Shown piece after piece: positions 10,277 to 19,706 of a stretch of DNA of 64,000 nucleotides. Position 1 is the first letter of the stretch; the number at the start of each line of letters is the position of its first letter. Source of the stretch: Candidatus Omnitrophota bacterium (GTDB lineage: Bacteria; Omnitrophota; Gorgyraeia; Zapsychrales; Fredricksoniimonadaceae); the NCBI GenBank assembly GCA_030650275.1, contig JAUSEK010000008.1, positions 811 to 64,810 of the forward strand. The letters run 5' to 3'. Under the pieces are notes generated by a model. That model did no database searches, was not told where the DNA came from, and saw only the letters and a list, made by a program, of their open reading frames with translations. A program made the translations under genes and the position numbers.

Positions 10277-11115
10277 GTCAGCGCCTGACCATATTCTCCT
10301 GCCCCAAACCATTCAAAGGGCATATTGAGATCATCCAGCGCAATGCCGTGCAAAGCTGGGCGCGTCTTTCCTTGAAGCCGCAGGTCATTTTGATAGGAGA
10401 TGAAAAAGGCGTTGAAGAAGTTGCCCGGGAATTTGGCATTGAGTACATAGGATCGATCAAACGCAATGCGTATGGGACGCCTCTTTTAAGCTCTATTTTT
10501 GAGACCGCCGGCCAAAGATCACGGGGCGAATTTCAATGTTATGTGAATGCCGATATTATCCTGACCAATAAAATAGCGGACGCGCTTGAACAATGCCCGC
10601 GCTTTTTCAAAGAGTTTTTAGGCGTTGTCCGTCGATTAGAGATCAATATTGAAAAGCCCCTGGATTTCGCGTCTGACTGGGAAAGGCAGGTTGAGGGCAT
10701 TTACAGGGAGAATGGCAAATTGCAGGACCATACAGCCATTGATTGTTTTATTTTTCCAAAAGGGATGGTGGATCATTTTCCGGATCTGGCCTTGGGACGT
10801 CCGATGTGGGACAATTGGTTTATTTATGATACCCAACGCAAGAAGATCCCGGTCATAGACCTGACGCCCGTTCTGCCGATCTATCATCAAAACCATGATT
10901 ACGCCCATTTGAAAGACAACACATGGGAAGGGCCGGAAGGGGATGAGAACCGCAGGCTGGCCGGCGGCTACAGCTATCTCTATACGATCGCGGACAGCGA
11001 CTACCTTTTAACACATAACGGCTTGAAAAAGAATACGCGACGGCATGTTTCAAAATTCATACGTCATTTAAAGACGGCTTATCACCGATATATACAACAT
11101 GATGCCGGATGGTAG
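10273..11115 (+). CDS. Putative GT-A fold glycosyltransferase
   Basis: YVNADIIL DxD-like motif, GRPMWDNW, HQNHDY; located in glycan locus. Confidence 0.6.
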   Translation: MSQRLTIFSCPKPFKGHIEIIQRNAVQSWARLSLKPQVILIGDEKGVEEVAREFGIEYIGSIKRNAYGTPLLSSIFETAGQRSRGEFQCYVNADIILTNKIADALEQCPRFFKEFLGVVRRLEINIEKPLDFASDWERQVEGIYRENGKLQDHTAIDCFIFPKGMVDHFPDLALGRPMWDNWFIYDTQRKKIPVIDLTPVLPIYHQNHDYAHLKDNTWEGPEGDENRRLAGGYSYLYTIADSDYLLTHNGLKKNTRRHVSKFIRHLKTAYHRYIQHDAGW

Positions 11116-11122
11116 GAGGGGC

Positions 11123-12073
11123 ATGAAAGAACAGACCTTGGCAAAATTACGTGTACCGGGCCAAAGCGGCGATCGGCTGACATTATGTGAAGGCGATCTG
11201 CGCAATGGAAAATTATCCGGAGCCGGGCGGAATTTTAACATCGTCCGGGGCATACCGCGGTTACTGGCAGACCGGCATGACCGCTACACCAGCAGCAGTT
11301 TTTCCAGGGAGTGGAAGGAGCTGAATGCCGGGGATGATGTGTGGGGCAGGCCGGTCAAAGAGAGGATGAGTGAGTTGAATTTCCTGGAAATCCCTTTGGA
11401 CCGGCTGAAAGGCCTGGACTTTTTAGACGTCGGCTGCGGGAATGGATTATTCGCCAGGGAAGTCGCCGCGACCTTTGGCGCCAATGTCATTGCCGTTGAT
11501 ATTTCCCAGGGGCTTGAATTGGGCAGGACAATGTCTGATGATCAAATGACCGTTGATTTTGTACAGGCGGACGTCCAATATCCGCCGTTTGCCGAGGGCT
11601 CTTTTGATATCATATGGTGCGCCGGCTCGATCCACCATACGCCTGATCCGAAGAGAACATTTCAACGCCTGGCCCCTTTGTTAAGAAAGGGAGGGCGGAT
11701 CTTTCTTTGGTTATATACGCCCGAGGAACATAAATCCCTGAAGACGGGCATTCGGAATATTGTTAAAGAAATTGTCTGCCGGCTTCCCGGGATCGCGCAG
11801 AACATGGCTGTTTATGCCATCGCTTCTTTTACCCTGGCCAAACATTTCGTGATCGTTAAAGTGTTAAGGCAAAAACTGCATGTGCCTTTGGTCTTGAAAT
11901 TTCGTCACCATCGCATGATGGCCAGAGATGCCTTTACGGTCCGCTACGACTGGCATTTGACAAAAGAAGAAGTGGCCGGATGGCATGTGCCCAACGGGTT
12001 AAAAACCATCTATTCAAAATATGTGCAAGAGAGCGACGGGCTTTGGCTTGCCGCTTTGGGAGAGAAAGTTTAA
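11123..12073 (+). CDS. SAM-dependent methyltransferase with Trm112-like N-terminus
   Basis: RBS AGGAGG before ATG 11123; IVRGIPRL; LDVGCGNG; IHHTPDP. Confidence 0.8.
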   Translation: MKEQTLAKLRVPGQSGDRLTLCEGDLRNGKLSGAGRNFNIVRGIPRLLADRHDRYTSSSFSREWKELNAGDDVWGRPVKERMSELNFLEIPLDRLKGLDFLDVGCGNGLFAREVAATFGANVIAVDISQGLELGRTMSDDQMTVDFVQADVQYPPFAEGSFDIIWCAGSIHHTPDPKRTFQRLAPLLRKGGRIFLWLYTPEEHKSLKTGIRNIVKEIVCRLPGIAQNMAVYAIASFTLAKHFVIVKVLRQKLHVPLVLKFRHHRMMARDAFTVRYDWHLTKEEVAGWHVPNGLKTIYSKYVQESDGLWLAALGEKV

Positions 12074-12090
12074 CGCGCGGGGTTTCATCA

Positions 12091-13941
12091 ATGTGCGGAT
12101 TTGTCGGTTTTGTAGAGTTTGGTGAGGCGCGTGCACAGCAAGAAGATCTGCTGGCGATGCGCGATCGCCTGCGTCATCGTGGTCCCGACGATGAAGGACA
12201 TTGGTTCAAGCCGGGGGCAGGGCTGGCCCATGCCCGGTTATCCATTTTAGACCTGTCTTCCAAAGCGCATCAGCCCATGCGCCGCGGGAATTTGGCGCTG
12301 GTTTATAACGGTGAGATCTACAATTACCGTCAGTTGCGCGAGGAATTGCGGGGGCTGGGACATCAGTTCACGAGCGATAGTGACACGGAAGTTCTTTTGT
12401 GCGGTTTTATACAATGGGGCACCGGCGTGCTGGCGCGTTTGGACGGCATGTTCGCTTTTGCCATTTATGATGAAAGCGCGCGCACGCTTTTTTTGGCGCG
12501 CGATAAGGCCGGCATCAAGCCGCTGGTCTATTACGCGGACGCGGGGCGTTTTGTGTTCGCCTCCGAGCTTAAAGCATTGTGGCATTACCCCGGGCTTGCC
12601 CAAGAACTTTCCGCGCAGGGGCTTGAAGATTATTTGCGCCTCGGTTACACCACGGGCCGCATCACCATGTTCAAGGGCGTCGCGCGCGTTTTGCCCGGAG
12701 AATATTTGAGCATTGACGCCGGCGGCAACGTCCACAGAGATACGTATTGGCCGGGGGTTTTCACGCCGGAGAAGGGGCTTAATTTTGCGGATGCCGCCTC
12801 CCGGTTAAAGCCGTTGCTGGCCCAAGAATTTAAAATGAGCCTGGTCAGCGATGTGCCCGTCGGTGTGTGCATCAGCGGTGGCGTGGATTCCAATGTTTTG
12901 GCCGGCATCCTGGCCAAAGAGCACGGGCTTAAAGTCAGGACGTATTCTTTGGGCGGCGCGGATGCCGCCTTTGATGAGAACCGCCAGGCCGCGGCCGTGG
13001 CCAAACATTTGGGAACGGACCACCGCGCTTTGATGATGGACCCCTCCGGGGCGCGGGCCTTACTGTTGGATACGATCAGTCATTATGATGAGCCCATGGC
13101 AGACCAGAACATGCTGTCCTTGAGGGTCATTGCCCGTCAGGCGCGCGCGGATGGGGTGAAGGTTTTGCTTTCGGGTTTGGGCGGCGATGAGCTGTTTTAC
13201 GGCTATCCCACCATTGATGTTATGGCCGGCCTTAAGGCATTGTTCTGTGTTCCCGCATCCATCAGACGTCTTTTCCCAAAACAATGGCTGGCATTTTCCA
13301 ACGCCGCGTATAAGGCGGTGCACATAGGCCAGCAAAGGGATTTTTATTCTGCCGTGTATGGCGTTACAGGCAATTGTTTTTTTGACGATGAAGTTGAGCG
13401 TCTGATGGTCCATAAGTCCCTGCCGGCGCGGGAGGACTATTTGAGGGAAACATTCGACCGTCAGCAGGCAACAGGCACAGGTATTATTGAGGCGCTCATG
13501 CGGGTGGATCTTAAGTCGTACTTGCCGGACAATGGTTTGGCCTTGTCCGATATGAGCGCCATGGCCGAAGGAGTGGAGATGCGCGTTCCTTATTTGAACG
13601 GACCGGTCATGGATCTTGCCCTGCGCGTGCCAAGCGCAGTTAAGAAACACGGGGGAGAATTTAAGGCCTTATTACGTTCCATTGAGCGTGAATATGTGCC
13701 GTCCCATTTGACCATGCCGGATAAAAAAGGGTTTTATCCGTTTGTCAAAGCCCAATGGCTTAAAGGTGAGTTCAAAGACCTGACGGAGGAATTGCTTGGG
13801 CAGGAGCATATCCGCCGCCAGGGGATCTTTGATCCACAGGCCGTTGCTTGCACGCGGCATTTGTTTGAACATTCCAACGTCAATGTTTCCGGGAAGATAT
13901 GGAATCTGCTGATGTTTGAGCTTTGGGCAGAGGCTCATTGA
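12091..13941 (+). CDS. asnB: Asparagine synthase (glutamine-hydrolysing)-like amidotransferase, likely glycan amidation
   Basis: N-terminal MCG, HRGPD, RLSILDL, NGEIYN, SGGVDS, SGLGGDELF. Confidence 0.9.
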   Translation: MCGFVGFVEFGEARAQQEDLLAMRDRLRHRGPDDEGHWFKPGAGLAHARLSILDLSSKAHQPMRRGNLALVYNGEIYNYRQLREELRGLGHQFTSDSDTEVLLCGFIQWGTGVLARLDGMFAFAIYDESARTLFLARDKAGIKPLVYYADAGRFVFASELKALWHYPGLAQELSAQGLEDYLRLGYTTGRITMFKGVARVLPGEYLSIDAGGNVHRDTYWPGVFTPEKGLNFADAASRLKPLLAQEFKMSLVSDVPVGVCISGGVDSNVLAGILAKEHGLKVRTYSLGGADAAFDENRQAAAVAKHLGTDHRALMMDPSGARALLLDTISHYDEPMADQNMLSLRVIARQARADGVKVLLSGLGGDELFYGYPTIDVMAGLKALFCVPASIRRLFPKQWLAFSNAAYKAVHIGQQRDFYSAVYGVTGNCFFDDEVERLMVHKSLPAREDYLRETFDRQQATGTGIIEALMRVDLKSYLPDNGLALSDMSAMAEGVEMRVPYLNGPVMDLALRVPSAVKKHGGEFKALLRSIEREYVPSHLTMPDKKGFYPFVKAQWLKGEFKDLTEELLGQEHIRRQGIFDPQAVACTRHLFEHSNVNVSGKIWNLLMFELWAEAH

Positions 13942-13966
13942 TATTCACGCCGGGGCCCGTTATAAT
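13938..13966 (+). promoter_or_regulatory. Sigma70-type promoter
   Basis: TTGATA-17 nt-TATAAT directly upstream of ATG 13990. Confidence 0.6.
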
Positions 13967-13989
13967 GACGGTTCTTCGAATGAGGATTT

Positions 13990-15024
13990 ATGGGGACCAT
14001 TAAAACAGCGGCAAAAAAGGTCATGTGGTTTCTTAGCTATCTGGGCTGGGCGTATAAATATGCCCGCCTGCGGCTGGGTTTTAACACGCTCAAAGACATT
14101 GAGATCCTGTCCATTGAATTTTCATCGGTATGCAATTTGCGCTGCAAGTATTGTTTTTTGGACCAGCTGGACCGCGCGCGGTTTTTGGACATCGCCGTTT
14201 ATGAGAAACTGATCCGCGAGATCGCCTCTAATCCGAAATACAACCTGAAGGCCATGGAGTGGCCCATCAGCGGCGAGTTTTTGGTTTACCCCCAATATAA
14301 AGAGGTCGTTGAGATCACCCGCCGGTATATGCGGCAATATCCCCATTTCCGTCCGCATGTCATCCTGAATGAGAACCTGGCTTTGCTCAACGAAGAGAAG
14401 ATCGAATTGCTTTTAGGTTCAGGCGTTCTTAAGCAGATCATCTGCAGCATCGACGGGCATGATGCCGCCACCTTTGAAGACATGCGCCCGCCGGCCAAAT
14501 TCGACCGGGTGCTGGCCAACATGCGTCTGTTGCATAAACGCAATGCCGAATTAGGCCATCCGGTGTTCATCCAGGTCAACAATGGCCGCGATGAGCGTTC
14601 ACAGGACAGGCCTTTGAGCGACGCCATGAAGGAGATCTTCCGCATGGGGGACATAGTGAGCTTCTGGAATCCAAAGTATTGGAACGAGTCCTTTAATAAG
14701 AAAGATAAAAGGTTCTTTCCCGCTAAAGGTTTTTGTTCTTTTGTTTTTAATAATGTGACGCTGGCCAGCTCCGGCAAAATATCCAAATGCTGCATGGACC
14801 TGCGGGGAGCGACCGTATACGCGGACCTCAATACCCATACGCTCGAGGAAATTTGGAATTCGCAGATGCGCCGGCAGTTTTTGGACTTGATGTTCGCCAA
14901 TAAGCGCAAGGACATCAAAGGTTGTAGCACGTGTTCCATCACCCAGACCAATAACGACAACCGTTATACCAATTGGGCGCGGACGGTGCGCCGTATATTG
15001 GCTAAAGCGGGCGGGTACGCTTAA
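13990..15024 (+). CDS. Radical SAM/SPASM-twitch protein (third, divergent)
   Basis: CNLRCKYC, SIDG, C-terminal C...KCC...CSTC. Confidence 0.85.
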   Translation: MGTIKTAAKKVMWFLSYLGWAYKYARLRLGFNTLKDIEILSIEFSSVCNLRCKYCFLDQLDRARFLDIAVYEKLIREIASNPKYNLKAMEWPISGEFLVYPQYKEVVEITRRYMRQYPHFRPHVILNENLALLNEEKIELLLGSGVLKQIICSIDGHDAATFEDMRPPAKFDRVLANMRLLHKRNAELGHPVFIQVNNGRDERSQDRPLSDAMKEIFRMGDIVSFWNPKYWNESFNKKDKRFFPAKGFCSFVFNNVTLASSGKISKCCMDLRGATVYADLNTHTLEEIWNSQMRRQFLDLMFANKRKDIKGCSTCSITQTNNDNRYTNWARTVRRILAKAGGYA

Positions 15025-15033
15025 AAGGAGAGA

Positions 15034-16854
15034 ATGTCAGAGACGGGTCAGTATATTTTGGGGATCTCCGCGTTTTACCACGACAGCGCCGCCTGTTTGC
15101 TCAAAGACGGCGATATCGTCGCGGCCGCGCAGGAGGAGAGATTCACCCGCAAAAAGCACGATGCCGTCTTCCCCAGGCAGGCCATTGCGTATTGCCTGCG
15201 CGAGGCGGGCATTACGATGGCGCAGGTGCGTTATGTGGCCTTTTACGAGAAACCCTTCATCAAGTTCGAACGCTTGCTGATGACATATTTGAATTACGCC
15301 CCCTGGGGCTTAAGTTCTTTCCTGAAGGCCATGCCCGTGTGGCTTAAGGAAAAGATCTTTATTAAAGAGCTTATTAAAGACGAATTGCAGTTTACCGGTG
15401 AGATCATTTTTCCGGAGCACCACGAGTCGCATGCCGCCTCCGCTTTTTTCCCCTCGCCTTTTCAAAAAGCCGCGGTCATCACCCTGGACGGTGTCGGGGA
15501 ATGGACCACGACCAGCTGGGGGACGGGGGAAGGCAATGCCGTTGAGTTAAAAAGCGAGCTCCATTTTCCCCATTCGCTGGGGCTTTTGTATTCGGCCTTC
15601 ACCTATTACGTTGGCTTCAGGGTCAACTCCGGCGAGTATAAGCTGATGGGCCTGGCGCCGTACGGTCGGCCTGAATATGCGGATCTGATCAGAAAAGAAC
15701 TGGTGGACATCAAACCGGACGGCTCATTTCGTTTAAATATGAAATATTTCAATTACCCGGTTGGATTGACCATGACCAATGCGCGTTTCCATAAGCTTTT
15801 TGGGGGAGGGCCCCGCAAGCCGGAGACGAAGATCACTCAAAAGCACATGGACATCGCCGCCTCCATCCAAAAGGTGACCGAGGAGATCATGGTCAATATC
15901 GCCAACCATGTCCATCGGCAGACCGGCCTGGATAATTTGTGTCTGGCCGGCGGGGTAGCGCTCAATTGCGTCGGCAATGGAAAAATATTAAAGCAAACGC
16001 CTTTTAAGAACGTTTGGATACAGCCGGCCGCCGGGGACGCGGGCGGCGCTTTGGGCGCCGCGCTGATCGTTTGGCACCGGTATTTGGACAAACCGCGCCG
16101 GGCAGACGGTGTCAACGACAGCCAGAAAGGTTCTTTGCTGGGGCCTGATGTGGACGGGGACATCAGGGCATTGGCAGACGCGCAGGGTTGGGTCTATGAA
16201 TATTTGTCTGATGATGCCCTTCCCGCGCGTGTGGCAGGGCTGATCGCGGAGGAAAAAGTCATCGGCTTGTGCCGCGGCCGCATGGAATTCGGGCCGCGCG
16301 CTTTGGGCAGCCGCAGTATCGTCGCCGATGCCCGTTCGGAGAAAATGCAGTCGCTGTTGAATTTGAAAGTGAAGTTCCGTGAATCATTCCGTCCCTTTGC
16401 TCCGGCGGTGCTGAAGGAGAAATGCGCGGAATATTTTGATCTTGGCGGGGAAAGCCCGTACATGCTGCTGGTCGCCGATGTTCAAGAAGGCAAGCGTTTG
16501 GATGCGCGGTCATCCGCAGAGGGGATAGAGCTTTTGAAGGTCAAACGTTCTGTTATTCCCGCGGTAACGCATGTGGACTATTCCGCCCGTGTCCAGACGG
16601 TTGATGAAGAGCGCAATCCTTTATTTTATCGTCTCATCAAGGCCTTTGAGAAGAGGACCGGCTCACCGGTCGTCATCAACACGTCGTTCAATATCCGCGG
16701 GGAACCCATCGTCTGTTCCGCCCGCGACGCGTACCGCTGTTTCATGTGCACGGACATGGATTATTTGCTGGTCGGCAATCATTTGTTCGAACGCGAACAC
16801 CAGCCGAACAAGGATGCGTATAAAAAAGAGGATATTTCAACGGTATTGGATTGA
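15034..16854 (+). CDS. O-carbamoyltransferase (NodU/CmcH/SxtI family)
   Basis: YHDSAA, QEERFTRKKHD, HHESHAASAF, GEYKLMGLAPYG, EFGPRALG, KFRESFRPFAP, NTSFN. Confidence 0.93.
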   Translation: MSETGQYILGISAFYHDSAACLLKDGDIVAAAQEERFTRKKHDAVFPRQAIAYCLREAGITMAQVRYVAFYEKPFIKFERLLMTYLNYAPWGLSSFLKAMPVWLKEKIFIKELIKDELQFTGEIIFPEHHESHAASAFFPSPFQKAAVITLDGVGEWTTTSWGTGEGNAVELKSELHFPHSLGLLYSAFTYYVGFRVNSGEYKLMGLAPYGRPEYADLIRKELVDIKPDGSFRLNMKYFNYPVGLTMTNARFHKLFGGGPRKPETKITQKHMDIAASIQKVTEEIMVNIANHVHRQTGLDNLCLAGGVALNCVGNGKILKQTPFKNVWIQPAAGDAGGALGAALIVWHRYLDKPRRADGVNDSQKGSLLGPDVDGDIRALADAQGWVYEYLSDDALPARVAGLIAEEKVIGLCRGRMEFGPRALGSRSIVADARSEKMQSLLNLKVKFRESFRPFAPAVLKEKCAEYFDLGGESPYMLLVADVQEGKRLDARSSAEGIELLKVKRSVIPAVTHVDYSARVQTVDEERNPLFYRLIKAFEKRTGSPVVINTSFNIRGEPIVCSARDAYRCFMCTDMDYLLVGNHLFEREHQPNKDAYKKEDISTVLD

Positions 16855-16855
16855 T

Positions 16856-17254
16856 ATGGAACAACAGCAAAAACAATTATTGGTGTTCGGCTTCGGCTTA
16901 CCGGCGGTCCTTTTGGTCTTGGGCGCAGGCCATTGGCATCAACACGGTTTTGATGCGACGGCCGCGGCATTATTGGCCGTTGCCGGTTTTGTCCTTTTGA
17001 TCACCCTCTTTAACCGTCCTATGCTTCAGGTCCTGTTCAAGTATTGGATGAAGGCGGCAGGGCTGATCGGTGTTGTCGTCACCACGGTCATTCTGTCGGT
17101 TTTATTCTTTGGGGTATTCTCCGTCGTTGGGATCATTTTGCGGCTATTGCGCAAAGACCTGCTGCATTTACGCCTTTGCCCTGAGGCGCGTTCTTACTGG
17201 GTGATCCGCGCGCAGGATACTGAAGATCTAACCAGGTATACCCGGCAATTCTAA
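16856..17254 (+). CDS. SxtJ-family membrane protein
   Basis: Hydrophobic segments, WMK, KDLL..SYW, ends RQF; follows carbamoyltransferase; ATG at 16856. Confidence 0.75.
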   Translation: MEQQQKQLLVFGFGLPAVLLVLGAGHWHQHGFDATAAALLAVAGFVLLITLFNRPMLQVLFKYWMKAAGLIGVVVTTVILSVLFFGVFSVVGIILRLLRKDLLHLRLCPEARSYWVIRAQDTEDLTRYTRQF

Positions 17255-17268
17255 TTGAAGGAGGAACT

Positions 17269-17427
17269 ATGTCGAAGCTGGCTATTTTTAAGGAACTGTG
17301 GGATTTTATGAGGGTGCGCAAACGGTTTTGGCTGGCGCCCATTGTTGTTGTGCTTGTTCTGTTGGGGCTTTTGATGGTATTCGCCCAGGGTTCAGCTATG
17401 GCGCCGTTCATTTACACGTTGTTTTAG
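17269..17427 (+). CDS. Small membrane protein DUF5989/SxtK-like (52 aa, absent from ORF track)
   Basis: AAGGAGG RBS; translates MSKLAIFKELWDFMRVRKRFWLAPIVVVLVLLGLLMVFAQGSAMAPFIYTLF. Confidence 0.85.
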   Translation: MSKLAIFKELWDFMRVRKRFWLAPIVVVLVLLGLLMVFAQGSAMAPFIYTLF

Positions 17428-17430
17428 CCA

Positions 17431-18576
17431 ATGGATCAAATACGCTCCGTTAAGATCATATTCATTACCAATATGTGCACGCATTACACCAGGCCTTTGT
17501 TCGAGATCCTGGCCGGGCGTTATGACGCGGGCTTTTATTTTACGGGCGGGCATGAGGGGTACTGGCATAAACAAAATGAATTAAAACCGGGAAATTTCCG
17601 GGGAAGGTATTTGCGCGGCCTGTTGCTGCCCGGCCATGTCAAGATCACCCCCGGGCTGTTGTGCCTGCCGTGGCGGGGATGCGACGCGGTGATCAAGACG
17701 ATCGATGACCGTTTTGCTTTGCCGTTGGCATTTTGCGCGGCAAAATTGTTCAGAAAACCTTTTGTTCTGTGGACGGGGCTGTGGGCGCATCCGCAAACAC
17801 CCGTGCACCGCTGGACATTTGCTTTGACCAGATCCATTTACCGGCGCGCGGATGCCATTGTGACTTATGGGGAGCATGTGCGCCGGTATTTGATGGACAT
17901 CGGCATTGACGGGCGTAAGATATTTTGTGCCCCGCATGCCACGGACAATGCGGTGTATGACCGGCCGGCCACTGACGCGCAGAAAGCGGAATTAAAAAAG
18001 CAGCTGGGGATCGCGGCGGATGAGAGGATCATCCTTTACGTCGGTCGTTTGGAAGACGGCAAGGGGCTTGATCATCTGATCGAAGCGGCGGCGTCTTTCA
18101 AGAGAGTTGGCGTGACGCTTTTATTGGCCGGTACCGGGTCTAAAGAAACGGGTCTGCGCGCTATGTGTACAAATCGTGGCGTGAGGGCTGTTTTTGCGGG
18201 GCATGTGCCGAATGAACAATTGTATGTGTATTATGCCCTCGCGGACATTTTTGTATTACCGTCGGTGACAACCGCGGATTTTAAGGAACCGTGGGGCATG
18301 GTCATCAATGAGGCCATGAACCAGGGGTGCGCGGTGGTGACGACCGATGCGGTCGGGGCCGCGGCCGGCGGGCTGGTCGAGGACGGCAAAAACGGCTTGA
18401 TCGTGCGGGAAAAGGACAGTAAGGCCTTGGCGGGCGCATTTGAACGTTTGTTCAACGATGAACGCTTGCGCCGTGACATGGGGACAGCCGGCCGCGCAAA
18501 GATCAGTGGTTGGACACCGCGGCAGGCGGCACAAGGGTTTGTGAAGGCCCTGGAATATGTTCAAAGTGACCATTAA
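17431..18576 (+). CDS. Glycosyltransferase family 4
   Basis: YVGRL..KG, EPWGMVINEAM. Confidence 0.9.
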   Translation: MDQIRSVKIIFITNMCTHYTRPLFEILAGRYDAGFYFTGGHEGYWHKQNELKPGNFRGRYLRGLLLPGHVKITPGLLCLPWRGCDAVIKTIDDRFALPLAFCAAKLFRKPFVLWTGLWAHPQTPVHRWTFALTRSIYRRADAIVTYGEHVRRYLMDIGIDGRKIFCAPHATDNAVYDRPATDAQKAELKKQLGIAADERIILYVGRLEDGKGLDHLIEAAASFKRVGVTLLLAGTGSKETGLRAMCTNRGVRAVFAGHVPNEQLYVYYALADIFVLPSVTTADFKEPWGMVINEAMNQGCAVVTTDAVGAAAGGLVEDGKNGLIVREKDSKALAGAFERLFNDERLRRDMGTAGRAKISGWTPRQAAQGFVKALEYVQSDH

Positions 18577-19291
18577 ACATTATTTTGATTTTGGCGGTAT
18601 ATCCCGGACCGTCAACGGTCCTGTGCACAGCGCCCAGGCCTGGGATGCCCTGCGGCTTGAAAGCGCGCCGTCAAATATTTTTGCCATTCCCCCCGGACGT
18701 CAGGAATGGCTGAAGCGCTGCCATGAAGAAGCGTTTGTTGAAGAACAGGCGCGGGGTATCGCGGAGATTATCCGCGGCCGGTTCACGCGGGTCAATTCTT
18801 ACGGGGCGGGTCCCGGTTTCCTGGAATTTTTTATCAAACAGCAATGCCCGGATGTTCTTTTACAATGTTCCGATTATACGGCTAAAAGCATGGAACGCTT
18901 GCGGCAGGTATTCACTGAGGCGGATGAGATCACGGCCTTTGACATGCTCAAGGACCCATGGCAGAATACGGACAAGGGCACGCTGCATTTATTATACCGG
19001 GTGGATACTGTTTTGGACAATGACCAGTGGCGTGCGGTCTTCAAAAAGATGTGTTCAGCCGGGATCAGGGATGTTTTATTTCTTCCGTGCGAGTTTTTGA
19101 CGGCGCGCCGCTGGCTTGGGCAGATCCTCAAGCGCCGGTTGTGGCCTTTGTTGGGCAAAAAGGTCGCTTTTGCCGGGTATTTACGCACTAAGGCGCAGTT
19201 TTTGGATTTTTTTCGCGGCGCGTATACCGTTGAGCGGGAAGTGGAATTGGCCGGCCGCATGCGGGGATTTTTATTAACCGGTAAGGGATAA
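18557..19291 (+). CDS. Methyltransferase-like protein
   Basis: SYGAGPGFLE degenerate SAM-binding motif, CSDY. Confidence 0.5.
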   Translation: MFKVTIKHYFDFGGISRTVNGPVHSAQAWDALRLESAPSNIFAIPPGRQEWLKRCHEEAFVEEQARGIAEIIRGRFTRVNSYGAGPGFLEFFIKQQCPDVLLQCSDYTAKSMERLRQVFTEADEITAFDMLKDPWQNTDKGTLHLLYRVDTVLDNDQWRAVFKKMCSAGIRDVLFLPCEFLTARRWLGQILKRRLWPLLGKKVAFAGYLRTKAQFLDFFRGAYTVEREVELAGRMRGFLLTGKG

Positions 19292-19295
19292 AGCG

Positions 19296-19706
19296 ATGGA
19301 TGCCGAGCAGATCATGCATGAGGGGAAATTATGGGCCGTGATCATCCGCGCCGGCCAAGTGTCCCCCGGCGTGCATTTTTTCACGCCCGATGACAATTCT
19401 TTGCAGGTGGGACGGCAAATGCGTCCCAAGGGGACCGTCATCGCGCCCCACGCCCATTGTGAAGTGAAGACCGGCCGGACCGGGTTCTTGCAGGAAGTCC
19501 TGCATATCCAGCAGGGCCGTTTGAAAACGATCTTTTATACCCATGAAGGTCAACGCCTGACCGAGCGTGTGCTGGAAGCGGGGGACACCATCCTGTTGAT
19601 CCGCGGCGGGCACGGGTTTGAGGCCTTGGACGACGTGCGCATGCTGGAGATCAAAATGGGCCCTTATGATCCGGCGAGTAAGAAAAATTTAGAGGTAAAA
19701 CCTTAA
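19296..19706 (+). CDS. Cupin-domain protein
   Basis: PHAH...QEVL...GGHGFE..LEIKMGPY cupin motif. Confidence 0.75.
   Translation: MDAEQIMHEGKLWAVIIRAGQVSPGVHFFTPDDNSLQVGRQMRPKGTVIAPHAHCEVKTGRTGFLQEVLHIQQGRLKTIFYTHEGQRLTERVLEAGDTILLIRGGHGFEALDDVRMLEIKMGPYDPASKKNLEVKP

Noticed and set aside
6-15024. RiPP cluster suggested by three radical SAM/SPASM genes
   Set aside because: No precursor peptide, RRE domain or peptidase-transporter is visible; neighbours are sugar enzymes and the auxiliary domains look twitch-like.
15034-17427. Saxitoxin gene cluster (sxtI/J/K similarity)
   Set aside because: No sxtA/sxtG or other core toxin genes are present, and the context is polysaccharide biosynthesis.
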